From contig PLLX01000097.1 in NCBI GenBank assembly GCA_003141415.1, positions 10,315 to 74,314 on the forward strand: a stretch of DNA of 64,000 nt, read 5' to 3'. Each line of letters starts with the position of its first letter. The stretch's first letter is position 1. Shown here in pieces: positions 17,625 through 26,569 of this stretch. The position numbers were made by a program, and so were the translations under genes. Under the pieces are notes generated by a model. It searched no databases. It worked only from the letters and a program-made list of their open reading frames with translations, and was not told the origin of the DNA. The DNA is from Bacteroidales bacterium (lineage in GTDB: Bacteria > Bacteroidota > Bacteroidia > Bacteroidales > VadinHA17).

Positions 17625-17798
17625 TCACAACGAACACCTCTCAAGGCAATTCTCTTAACTGATAACGAATATGATATTTTTATCAGCTATCGCCAATTAG
17701 ATAACAGAAAGAACGCATGGGTTACTGAGTGCATTGACAAACTTAAAAAGGAGTGCGAGGCGACAATAAATGAGAATCGCTTTACGTCTCTATTTTAA
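17625..17798 (+). pseudogene. N-terminal remnant of a TIR-domain gene
   Basis: The open frame after the TAA at 17622 reads ...LLTDNEYDIFISYRQLDNRKNAWVTECIDKLKKECEATINENRFTSLF*. It has no ATG, GTG or TTG start. YDIFISYRxxDN followed by WV is the canonical TIR N-terminal strand/BB region. Confidence 0.5.
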
Positions 17799-17877
17799 AA
17801 CCACCTCTAAAATTATGTTATTACGTGTAAACTTTATGCAAAGAATTACTGTTTGTTCTATTAAACATTTAGATTTT

Positions 17878-19530
17878 ATGAAAAAGCTTAGAATTCTGGT
17901 ATTATTGATGACATTATTTTTAAGTTGTAAGAAGGAATCAATTAATAATTCAAATAATGTTGCAGTTCCCTGGTCAGCTTCTGTTCTTACTCAGCATAAT
18001 GACAATACGAGAGCTGGCATAAACAATCATGAAAAGATATTAACAACCGCTAATGTAAATACAACGCAATTTGGTAAACTTTTTACATTATCTGTGGATG
18101 ATGAGGTCTATTCCCAGCCTCTTGTTTTTAGTAATTTAGCAATTGGCACTGGTAAGCACAATGTTGTGTTCATAGCCACTGTTAATAATACTATCTACGC
18201 TTTTGATGGTAACATTGGAAATTTATATTGGGGAAAAAACTTTACCGTTTCGGGCATGCGTCCGCCTAACACCGGAGATATGACATCGGGATGTAATCCC
18301 TACACTGATTTCACCTATAATATTGGTATTGTTGGCACACCGGTAATAGATTCTCTTTCACAAACCATTTATTTTGTTGCCCGCAGCACAAATGGCACCA
18401 GTTTTTACCAATATCTTCATGCTCTCAATATTGTAAACGGGAATGAACAATCCGGCAGTCCTGTTCTTATTACTGCCAGTGTAACAGGAACAGGGGATGG
18501 CAGTGTAAATAATGTAGTTAGTTTTGATCCATGGCGCAATAACCAGAGACAGGGATTAACCCTGGTAAAAGGAGTTGTATATATTACTTATTCCTCTCAT
18601 TGTGACTGGGGTCCTTATCATGGATGGATTCTGGGGTATAATGCCGGTACTTTGCAGAAGCAAATCGTTTATAATGATACACCTTATGGCGAGGATGGAG
18701 GTATTTGGGAATCTGGCATGGGAATGGCTGCCGATGCACAAGGGAACCTCTATGTAACTACAGGTAATGGAACTGTTGGGACCGCTAACGGAACTAGTCA
18801 AAACAATCCAAGTCCAGACCCTACAGACCTTACAAATCGTGGTGAAAGCGCTTTAAAGTTAAGTCCATCCGGTTCAACCCTAATAGTAAGTAGTTATTTT
18901 ACACCGTCAAATTATTTGGACCTGAATATTAATGATCTGGATTATGGTAGCATGGGTACATTTCTGATTCCGAATTCGAGTTATTATTTTACAGGTGGAA
19001 AAGACGGGAATTTATATTTATTAAACAAGGATAACATGGGTGGGTATTCTTCATCTTCAAACCAGGTACAGCAAACAATCCCGATTAAAGATAATCTGCA
19101 TTGCCTGCCCGCATATTATAAAGGCAGCATTAATGAATTTGTATATTTATGGTCTGAGAATGTCAAATTGCGGGCCTTATCATTTGATCGCAGCAGCAAC
19201 ACCTTTTCTGATTTACAAATCGTCTCAAATGTCAATGGTCCGACAGGTCAGTCAGGTGCTGAACTATCTGTTTCTTCAAATGGATTAGTTGATGGAACAG
19301 GTATTCTTTGGGCTTCTTATGCAATTGCTACAGATGCGGGAGTTGTGGCAGGACCAGGCATATTAAGGGCATTTGACGCAAATGACATTACCAAAGAACT
19401 TTGGGACACGGGTGAAAACTCCAACGATTATCCTGGTTATTTCGCTAAGTTTTCAGCTCCAACCATAGCAAACGGTCATGTTTATCTGGCAACATTTTCA
19501 AAGCAGGTGGCGGTTTACGGGCTCAAGTAA
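17878..19530 (+). CDS. PQQ-like beta-propeller repeat lipoprotein
   Basis: Start MKKLRILVLLMTLFLSCKKE (lipobox). QHNDNTRAGINNHEKILTTANVNTTQFGKLFTLSVDDEVYSQPLV...VFIATVNNTIYAFD is typical of this propeller family. Confidence 0.7.
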   Translation: MKKLRILVLLMTLFLSCKKESINNSNNVAVPWSASVLTQHNDNTRAGINNHEKILTTANVNTTQFGKLFTLSVDDEVYSQPLVFSNLAIGTGKHNVVFIATVNNTIYAFDGNIGNLYWGKNFTVSGMRPPNTGDMTSGCNPYTDFTYNIGIVGTPVIDSLSQTIYFVARSTNGTSFYQYLHALNIVNGNEQSGSPVLITASVTGTGDGSVNNVVSFDPWRNNQRQGLTLVKGVVYITYSSHCDWGPYHGWILGYNAGTLQKQIVYNDTPYGEDGGIWESGMGMAADAQGNLYVTTGNGTVGTANGTSQNNPSPDPTDLTNRGESALKLSPSGSTLIVSSYFTPSNYLDLNINDLDYGSMGTFLIPNSSYYFTGGKDGNLYLLNKDNMGGYSSSSNQVQQTIPIKDNLHCLPAYYKGSINEFVYLWSENVKLRALSFDRSSNTFSDLQIVSNVNGPTGQSGAELSVSSNGLVDGTGILWASYAIATDAGVVAGPGILRAFDANDITKELWDTGENSNDYPGYFAKFSAPTIANGHVYLATFSKQVAVYGLK

Positions 19531-19630
19531 AAAGAATTATTCAGTCGCATTCGACAAAAAAAACAGCATACTACTCGGTCGGGGCCAGAGTTAATTGCAT
19601 TCGTAATATGTCAATGAATGGGTAGTTTAT

Positions 19631-19775
19631 ATAACTGGAAAAGCCAGTGGCCTTGACCATATTTAGCCGGATCATATTGACCACCAAAAGCCGGAGTTAA
19701 GTGCTTGTTTTTTAGTTATGTATACTAATTGTAATCTTACCGGCCAAATGTGGTCAAGAGGTCCGGTTTCTGCAA
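19631..19775. repeat. Left copy of the ~145-nt TTGACCA-rich repeat
   Basis: 19631-19690 matches the reverse complement of 25044-25103 at 48 of 60 positions (hand count). It contains an internal inverted pair, TTGACCAC at 19676 and GTGGTCAA at 19749. Confidence 0.7.
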
Positions 19776-20229
19776 TTTATGGCCTGTTTCGCAACTTTCT
19801 ATATTCCTATGTATTCTGCAATTATAAACCGCAACAATGCTTTAAATCGCTTAATACGAAGCATTTAGACTATTTATTGTAGTTGCTTTATAGTATATCT
19901 ATTTATATATCAGCACTATAAATATTCAATTGTGCGGCCTGGAGTTTTAGGATCAGGCTTTCTCATTTCTATTTATTCACTAACCATATCAATATGAACA
20001 CATCTAACCATTTAAAATAAATTTGATGTACATGACTTAACAATAAGCACTTAACTGATATTTAGAACAGTAAAGTTGCTCCGGCATAATCTAGTAAAGA
20101 GTCATGGTTTTTATGTCTTACGAACATATTCGATTTCAAATTGTTAAAATACTGGAGACCAGAAACCAATTAAAAAAACCGGGCGAAACCGAAAAGCCAT
20201 ACGAGTAGAAAAATTTAAATTATAATCAA

Positions 20230-20505
20230 ATGAAAAATGTTCTTGCTCAATTCAATCTTGTTGACTTTACTGTGCAAAAATACGATCAAACAATTAAGGA
20301 TCTTAAAGCCGCAGGAGTAGGGAACCCTTCAGGACGGCTCTATCATGTCGTAACTCTACAACCTGTTGGTATGCTTGTAACAGATGTATGGGAGTCAGAA
20401 GAAGCATTAAATAAGTTTTCTGTAACGCTGATTCCTATCCTTAAAAAGAACGGAGTTACACCAGCGCAACCAACTTTACTTCAAGTGCATAATATTATTG
20501 CGTAA
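20230..20505 (+). CDS. Small hypothetical protein (91 aa)
   Basis: Clean ORF with a terminator directly downstream. No motif I can name; any fold assignment would be a guess from size alone. Confidence 0.4.
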   Translation: MKNVLAQFNLVDFTVQKYDQTIKDLKAAGVGNPSGRLYHVVTLQPVGMLVTDVWESEEALNKFSVTLIPILKKNGVTPAQPTLLQVHNIIA

Positions 20506-20526
20506 ATAAATAATAGGGCTTATACC

Positions 20527-20567
20527 AATCGGTCAGACAGTACTTTTTATCTGTTTGTCCGATTTTT
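20527..20567 (+). terminator. Rho-independent terminator
   Basis: AATCGGTCAGACAG (20527-20540) pairs with CTGTTTGTCCGATT (20551-20564), with one mismatch and one G-U, and is followed by a T-run. Confidence 0.65.
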
Positions 20568-20720
20568 CCAGCAATAAAAATTAATATATAAAACTATGGT
20601 GGCGGAATATAAACTCCAGGACCTTTCGATTTACTGATTTGATTGTTCATTTCATTTTCCCTTCCTACCTATTTATAAGGAGTTCAAATATTTATTCTAA
20701 TTTTTCCACCATCACTTTTC

Positions 20721-21443
20721 TTACTGACCCCAAATTTCTTTCATTACTAAGTTAAGGTCAATTAATGCTTTACGGCAGTCACCATTATAGGAAGAACCGT
20801 GCATAGTTGCAAGTGTTTTTGGATTAAGTTCTGCCAAAGAATTAAGCAATTTTGGTGTATTATGAGTATATGGCGTATATTCCATTAAAGGTCCTTTTTC
20901 ATATTGAAGCATAGAGTTTTTGTGAGCACCTAAAATATCTTTATCGGTTATATTTACCACATCTCCGTTTTGATGAAATAAATCGGAACACAAGAGGGTT
21001 CTGTTCTTTTCCTCAAACAATACTCCTGCATCCCATCCGTGAGGCAAATGCGGGGTTCGAATGAAATGGTAAGTATATTGACCCGTTTTTAAGATAGCAT
21101 TGTCTTTCATAGCCAGAACTGGTCTTATAGCAAAATCCGTCATATTGAGAAGAGCACCTGCCTCACTGCAAACTCCTTTGGCATTAGGTGCAGCTTGCAA
21201 CCAATCATTAAGTGCCCCACATTCATCTACTTCAAAATGACTAAAGCCAATCCACCTGATACTTGATGGAGGAATGATTTTGCTAACGGCTTCCAATAAT
21301 ACTGGAAACATTTGCTTCATTCCCGTATGAAAAAGCATAGGCTCATCATCTTTAATTAGAAAATGATTGAACTGCAAGTTAATTTCCGGTACAAAGACCG
21401 AAATTCTGTAAACGTCTGGTGCAATTTCTGAAGTGTTAATCAT
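20721..21443 (-). CDS. MBL-fold (ODP-like di-iron domain) protein
   Basis: IRWIGFSHFEVDECGALNDWL and TPHLPHGWDAG resemble the metallo-beta-lactamase-fold oxygen-binding di-iron domain. Confidence 0.55.
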   Translation of the reverse strand: MINTSEIAPDVYRISVFVPEINLQFNHFLIKDDEPMLFHTGMKQMFPVLLEAVSKIIPPSSIRWIGFSHFEVDECGALNDWLQAAPNAKGVCSEAGALLNMTDFAIRPVLAMKDNAILKTGQYTYHFIRTPHLPHGWDAGVLFEEKNRTLLCSDLFHQNGDVVNITDKDILGAHKNSMLQYEKGPLMEYTPYTHNTPKLLNSLAELNPKTLATMHGSSYNGDCRKALIDLNLVMKEIWGQ

Positions 21444-21501
21444 GACATTTGATTTTAGAATTGTGAAAAACTTAGAAATCTATTAATTCGTGGTTGATAA
21501 G

Positions 21502-21525
21502 ATAATACTACCGGAATCCAAGACC
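21502..21525. promoter_or_regulatory. Shared 24-nt motif, copy A (ATAATACTACCGGAATCCAAGACC)
   Basis: 22 of 24 positions are identical to 23727-23750. It lies 59-82 nt upstream of the MBL-fold gene start. Confidence 0.55.
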
Positions 21526-21691
21526 ACTTTTAATATTTATATTTCAAAATGGTTTCCAAATATTCCCAACCAATTTATATCGAGCACTTGTCAATAGGGA
21601 ACGTTGCAAATTATGTGGCATATATTGAACCTATTTATTCTGTAATACAACATTAAGCGAAGCGAACAACCCGATTACCTAAGTTCTGATA

Positions 21692-22147
21692 TTAATTCTT
21701 TTTGATACTTGCCCATGCAACAAGGGATAAAGCTATCAATTCGGCAATAGTCCTTATTATATGAAATGACCACCATTTGTCCCGAAGTTCAGACAAATTG
21801 CCAGGAAGAGAATCTGTCGTCCATGACATTATAATATTATTAATCGGCTGATTTCCAAACCGAGATATAACGATACATGTAATAAAGAATAGAGCAGCAA
21901 TGAGTAAAGCAATGAAGACAGGCTTATTACTTTTTTGAAGAAAAGCAGATAGCGTTGTTATTACTGTAGCACTAAAAACAAGCGAAACCATTAGTACATT
22001 GAGTGCCCGAATCATATTTTGCTGTTGTTCAATATAAGTTGAAGGGGATAAACTCATTGGATTAAATCCTATCCATATTCCAAAACTCACCCCGGCAAGC
22101 AAGGCAGCAATAATAATGTTGAAAAATCTTATAATTGATTTTGTCAT
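21692..22147 (-). CDS. DUF1772 (anthrone-oxygenase-like) membrane protein
   Basis: Four TM helices. The IRALNVLMV...RFGNQPINN...W...HIIRT pattern is typical of DUF1772. Confidence 0.6.
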   Translation of the reverse strand: MTKSIIRFFNIIIAALLAGVSFGIWIGFNPMSLSPSTYIEQQQNMIRALNVLMVSLVFSATVITTLSAFLQKSNKPVFIALLIAALFFITCIVISRFGNQPINNIIMSWTTDSLPGNLSELRDKWWSFHIIRTIAELIALSLVAWASIKKN

Positions 22148-22182
22148 GATTTTATATGCAAAAGTATTGCCTTAAAGTCAAA

Positions 22183-23565
22183 TCATTTCATAGTGGGTTT
22201 TATGTTCTGATTGACCCTGAATAAGTTATTTGGGTCATATTTATTCTTTATCGTTACTAACCGTCCATAATTATCACCATAAGTTGCTTTTATACGTTCT
22301 TCTCCTTCATCCATCATAAAATTAACATAAGCGCCTCCGGCTGAATATGGATGTAATGCTTCCCAATATTGTTTAGTCCAGGAAGTAATTTTCTCTTTGT
22401 TTGCCGGGTCAGGGTCAACACCTACAATTACCATCGCCCATGTGGCATCCCGGTAACTCCATGCTGTATCTTTATTGTTTACCCTTGAAGCAGCACCATT
22501 AACAGGATACATGTGCATCGATGAAAGCATAGTAGGAAGTGCATTGCCAAACTTGATGTGTTCTGAAATTGCTTTATCGCTTAATTCCTTTACAAAGTCT
22601 GCTCGCCAGTACCATTGCAACCCTGTGGGATATAGCGCATCAAACATTCCTTGCAACGCAGGCTGAGGTAATGGACCTACAAAATCAAGAGCAGGTGCCT
22701 TGAAAGCACGAATCGGTTTAAATATTTCTTCCGCTTTTTCTAATGGTCCTGAATATGCCCACACAATCCCACACATTTTCTTCAGATGAAGATGTTCGGG
22801 AAAAGGAGGTACAGGCGGTACAGTGAGAAAAGCAAAAAATCCAGTAAGGTCATCCGGTGCATCTTTTATTAGTTTCCGATACCATTTCATTACATCTTCT
22901 GTTTCGCTTATGTGATATAACATGGGACCACCATATACCATATCTACCGGATGCAGTTTAAATGTGAAGGCAGTAACTACTCCGAAGTTTCCGCCACCTC
23001 CTCTTACTGCCCAAAACAAATCCTGATTTTGTTTTGCATTAGCAGTGACAAAACTTCCGTCAGCCAGTACCATATCTACTGACAATAGGTTATCAATGCT
23101 AAGTCCATACTTGCGGGTAAGATGACCAATACCTCCACCAGTTGTCAATCCTCCTACACCCGTTGTGGAAATAATTCCGCTCGGAGTAGCCATTCCAAAT
23201 ATATGGGTTGCATGGTCCACATCTCCCCATGTACATCCTCCTCCTGCCACTACTGTCTTTGCCTCAAGGTCAATACGGGTGTATTTGATCAGTGAAAGGT
23301 CAATTACTAATCCATCATCACAAATTCCTAATCCGCCTGCATTATGTCCTCCGCCCCGAATAGAAAGAAGAATGTTATTTTCCCTTGCGAAATTCACTGA
23401 TTGTATCACATCCGCCACATCTACACAACGTACAATCATGCGTGGGCGTTTGCTAATCATGGCATTATATACTTTGCGGGCATCATCATAACCTTGGTCT
23501 TGCGGTTCTATTATGCAGCCTCTTAAAGTTGCCCTGAATTCCTGAATAGAAGTTTCATTAAGCAT
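22183..23565 (-). CDS. FAD-binding oxidoreductase with a BBE (berberine-bridge-like) C-terminus
   Basis: IRGGGHNAGG (PCMH FAD site) and YVNFMMDEGEERIKATYGDNYGRLVTIKNKYDPNNLFRVNQNI (BBE). The preferred start is MLNETS at 23565. The ORF track extends to 23661. Confidence 0.85.
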   Translation of the reverse strand: MLNETSIQEFRATLRGCIIEPQDQGYDDARKVYNAMISKRPRMIVRCVDVADVIQSVNFARENNILLSIRGGGHNAGGLGICDDGLVIDLSLIKYTRIDLEAKTVVAGGGCTWGDVDHATHIFGMATPSGIISTTGVGGLTTGGGIGHLTRKYGLSIDNLLSVDMVLADGSFVTANAKQNQDLFWAVRGGGGNFGVVTAFTFKLHPVDMVYGGPMLYHISETEDVMKWYRKLIKDAPDDLTGFFAFLTVPPVPPFPEHLHLKKMCGIVWAYSGPLEKAEEIFKPIRAFKAPALDFVGPLPQPALQGMFDALYPTGLQWYWRADFVKELSDKAISEHIKFGNALPTMLSSMHMYPVNGAASRVNNKDTAWSYRDATWAMVIVGVDPDPANKEKITSWTKQYWEALHPYSAGGAYVNFMMDEGEERIKATYGDNYGRLVTIKNKYDPNNLFRVNQNIKPTMK

Positions 23566-23726
23566 AATATTTTTTGGTTTATTAATATTATTATGATGTA
23601 TTGAATTATAAACATTCTTTAACTGATTTTGTTCGTTTGCCCCGTACCCTAAAAAGTGCATTGAAAATCAATTACTTGCTTTGGTGAAAGGGTATATAAA
23701 AATACTGCACGCCACTTTTGCAAACT

Positions 23727-23750
23727 ATAATACTACCTGAATACAAGACC
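23727..23750. promoter_or_regulatory. Shared 24-nt motif, copy B (ATAATACTACCTGAATACAAGACC)
   Basis: See copy A. It lies in the divergent region between the FAD oxidase gene and the GDCCVxC gene. Confidence 0.55.
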
Positions 23751-23819
23751 TTTGGTTAAGTTTAAATTTGATAACTTTAAACCAGTGAATTATGAAATCA
23801 GAGGACAAAAACATTCAAG

Positions 23820-24061
23820 ATGAATAAAAATATACAATTAAACTCGCTAATAACTTGCCTTGAATGTGGCTTTACAAAGAGGAGACTATGCCCACAGATT
23901 CTTGTCTGTTTTTTTATGGGTGTTCAAATTGCAAACAGATTCTCAAGTCAAAAAAAGGGGATTGTTGCGTGTTTTGCTCTTATGGGAGCGTGAAATGTCC
24001 ACTTATTCAGAGAAAGGTAAATGTGATTGTAGTTGATATTGTTGTTGGGTATTCGTCCTAA
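23820..24061 (+). pseudogene. GDCCVxC-domain metal-binding protein, frameshifted near 23874-23880
   Basis: The frame from the ATG at 23820 gives MNKNIQLNSLITCLECGFTK. The ORF-track frame gives EETMPTDSCLFFYGCSNCKQILKSKKGDCCVFCSYGSVKCP. Together they reconstitute the canonical family sequence. The switch is at the AAA run 23876-23878. Confidence 0.6.
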
Positions 24062-24064
24062 ACT

Positions 24065-24889
24065 TTATTCCCATTTCCAAGACATTATGTACTGTAATTC
24101 ATCAATTGTGCTAACATTCTCTTTTGTATGTTTAAGCCATCTACCTTTTAATCCACTTTGTAAAGATGTTAACTCGAAATGAGATAAAACAATACCCATG
24201 TCAATATCATGTAATCCTCTTGACTCGTACCGTTTGCTTATTGTTTTTTTAAAAAAGTGAAATTCATTAGCAGTGTCATCAAAAAACACTCTCCCTGGTT
24301 GCGTATTCCCAGATGAAGGCGTTAATCTTACCATCTCTAACGAATCAGAATATTTCTTTATATATTCAGGGGTAAGAGGTAGTTTCAATTTGTAATTAAA
24401 GAACATTTTTCCCCAACTTTGCCTTTTTGAAGCGTTAATAGTGAATCTTATATATTTATCTTGATATGTTTGCCTATCATCAGAATATCCGATTATTACT
24501 ATACTTGGTATTTCAAAACCATCTTCAATGGATACTTCTTTAAAATAAGAGTAGTCAAAATATCCGACCCAACATGTTGAAAGGTTCATTTCCGTGGCTT
24601 TTAATACTACCTTTTCCATGAGGTATCCATAATTTACTCTTGAATCTATTGAAGATTTTGCCGTACCTAAAATATAGGTATTATGTCCTTTAATCATTCC
24701 AAAGTCAAGTTTCATTTGCCTGTCAGCATCGTTCTTTTCAATGATTCTAAAATTTACTACCTCACTTTCTAAGCCTTTACTATTTTCAATGATGAAATTT
24801 TCGAGGTCTCTTTTATCCGCAGGTTTTAATGCCACTTGATTAAATGTCCTACTTGATTTCCGTTTTTTAATTGTCTCAATAATGTCCAT
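24065..24889 (-). CDS. Nitroreductase-family protein
   Basis: IETIKKRKSSRTFNQ (N-terminal nitroreductase motif) and a two-lobed 274-aa length. Confidence 0.7.
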   Translation of the reverse strand: MDIIETIKKRKSSRTFNQVALKPADKRDLENFIIENSKGLESEVVNFRIIEKNDADRQMKLDFGMIKGHNTYILGTAKSSIDSRVNYGYLMEKVVLKATEMNLSTCWVGYFDYSYFKEVSIEDGFEIPSIVIIGYSDDRQTYQDKYIRFTINASKRQSWGKMFFNYKLKLPLTPEYIKKYSDSLEMVRLTPSSGNTQPGRVFFDDTANEFHFFKKTISKRYESRGLHDIDMGIVLSHFELTSLQSGLKGRWLKHTKENVSTIDELQYIMSWKWE

Positions 24890-24946
24890 ATTCTGCCTTT
24901 TTTTATGATGCTCAACAATTCAATAAATCTAACCAATTTTGCTTAT

Positions 24947-24964
24947 TTACAGTATAGACTGTAA
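24947..24964. promoter_or_regulatory. Palindrome TTACAGT-ATAG-ACTGTAA upstream of the nitroreductase gene
   Basis: 7-bp perfect arms with a 4-nt spacer, 58-75 nt upstream of the start at 24889. Confidence 0.45.
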
Positions 24965-25103
24965 AAGCCGAATATATTGACCACATCTTGCTGGTCATAT
25001 AACATTTAACGTATGTGATTTAATTACAATCTATTAAGTTTAGCTTTTGGTGGTCAATCAGGTCTGGCTAACTCTGGTCAAAGCCAACGGTTTTTCCAAA
25101 TAT
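24961..25103. repeat. Right copy of the ~145-nt repeat, inverted relative to the left copy
   Basis: See 19631-19775. It contains an internal pair, ATTGACCAC at 24984 and GTGGTCAAT at 25046. Confidence 0.7.
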
Positions 25104-25222
25104 GGAACTCAAAAGCAGAAATAAGGGATTTTTGATCTACTCTGTTTTCAGTTTTTGGATAGCTGAGAAGTTGATCAGTAGCTGTAATTGTGTAGCTAAA
25201 ATATTGATTTACAGTAACTTAG

Positions 25223-25294
25223 TAGCCCCACCAGGAATCGAACCTGAATCTAAGGTTTAGGAAACCTCCATTCTATCCATTGAACTATGGGGCC
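25223..25294 (-). tRNA. tRNA-Arg (anticodon CCU)
   Basis: Hand-folded. Acceptor GGCCCCA pairs with TGGGGCT (terminal G-U). D arm is GTTC-AATGGATA-GAAT. Anticodon arm is GAGGT-TTCCTAA-ACCTT. T arm is TCAGG-TTCGATT-CCTGG. Confidence 0.8.
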
Positions 25295-25389
25295 ATTATT
25301 TCAGTCGCAAAAGTATATCTTTTTTTTATCATTCCAAATCACTACAATTACAAGGCAGATCTAAGATACTCAGCCCGTTTGTTTGTTTT

Positions 25390-25842
25390 TTATTTTAACT
25401 CCTTTTCGAAGCACAGGCTGTTTTCCACCCCGGCATACTGACCATAATTCGGAATAAGTGTATATCCGTTCTTTTTGTAAAGACCAATAGCTTCAAGCTG
25501 CCTCTTACCTGTCTCAAGTATACACTTTTCATAAGACAATTCACTTGCCCACATTTCCAATTCGGATAGAATTATCGAGGCTATTCCTTTTTTTCTGCTC
25601 TCAGGAGTAATGTACATTCGTTTGATTTCCATTGAATTCGCATCATATTCTTTTATCGCGCCACAACCCAGGGGTTTCTCATTTTCATAAGCCAGAACTA
25701 CATACCTGATTTTATCAATCTTATTGAATTGGGAATAAAACGAATGGTCCTCCCCATCTACTATTGCTAATTCTTTGTCAAGCAACTTTACAAGTTCCCT
25801 GAAATCAGAATTATCTGAATTGGTTCTTATTGTTTTTAACAT
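25390..25842 (-). CDS. GNAT-family N-acetyltransferase
   Basis: RMYITPESRKKGIASIILSELEMWA is the acetyl-CoA-binding motif A (R/Q-x-x-G-x-A/G). Confidence 0.8.
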   Translation of the reverse strand: MLKTIRTNSDNSDFRELVKLLDKELAIVDGEDHSFYSQFNKIDKIRYVVLAYENEKPLGCGAIKEYDANSMEIKRMYITPESRKKGIASIILSELEMWASELSYEKCILETGKRQLEAIGLYKKNGYTLIPNYGQYAGVENSLCFEKELK

Positions 25843-25894
25843 AGATGGTATTTATTTACAGGTAATACTAAATGGTCTGTCGGAACCGGATATT

Positions 25895-26392
25895 TTATAA
25901 CCAGCGATGTACCCGGGAACAATAATTTTCATATTCCAGATTAAAGTCCTTCTTTAACACTTCTTCCTCGAGAGGTATAACGATCTGGTTAACATAAAAG
26001 AGGGTAAAAGGAAGAAAAAGAATTGGCCAGGCCTGCATTAGAAATCCAGCCTCTCCAAGGTAAGCAAAGATAAGACTTACATACATTGGGTTTCGTGAAA
26101 TTTTATATGTTCCCGACATAACAAGTTTCTTAGAAGTCTCGCCGGGAGTGGTTGTTGTATGGGCTTTATGAAAAATAATCAGGCTCCATGATGCGAAAAA
26201 TGCACCGATAAGGAATAACACAACGCCAATAATTTTAATAATAATTGATGCTTTCTGAGAATGGATGGCAATCGGAAAAAGAAACTGTGGAATGAGGCCG
26301 ACTAAATATCCCAGCACAAATACCCAGGGTACAGGAATATTTAATAAAAGTCTGATTGGATTCTTTTTCCATTGATTCACAGTTATATTCAT
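25895..26392 (-). CDS. Isoprenylcysteine carboxyl methyltransferase (ICMT/PEMT-like) family membrane protein
   Basis: Multi-TM protein containing GTYKISRNPMYVSLIFAYLGEA and EEEVLKKDFNLEYENYCSRVHRWL. Confidence 0.7.
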   Translation of the reverse strand: MNITVNQWKKNPIRLLLNIPVPWVFVLGYLVGLIPQFLFPIAIHSQKASIIIKIIGVVLFLIGAFFASWSLIIFHKAHTTTTPGETSKKLVMSGTYKISRNPMYVSLIFAYLGEAGFLMQAWPILFLPFTLFYVNQIVIPLEEEVLKKDFNLEYENYCSRVHRWL

Positions 26393-26569
26393 ATCTATTA
26401 AGATGAATTATTAAATCGTTTTTCAATAAACCGGGAACAAAGATACCTATAAACGATGAAGTAATCTCTAAATCAATTCCGATGTCACTACCCGGTAGTC
26501 TCGGGGTAGCTATCAAGATCAGATAGTTATACGATTTGTTCCTGAGCAGTTATGGAGGCTCTTTCCTAT

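Noticed and set aside
19640-19700. Direct repeat of the tRNA-Arg 3' end that would mark an integrated island
   Set aside because: Only CCACCA-type 7-of-10 matches were found (attgaccaccaaaag against gccccaccaggaat). There is no integrase in the block. The flanking repeats are inverted, not direct.
26235-26516. 93-aa minus-strand ORF overlapping the ICMT gene start
   Set aside because: It overlaps the ICMT-family gene out of frame and has no motifs.
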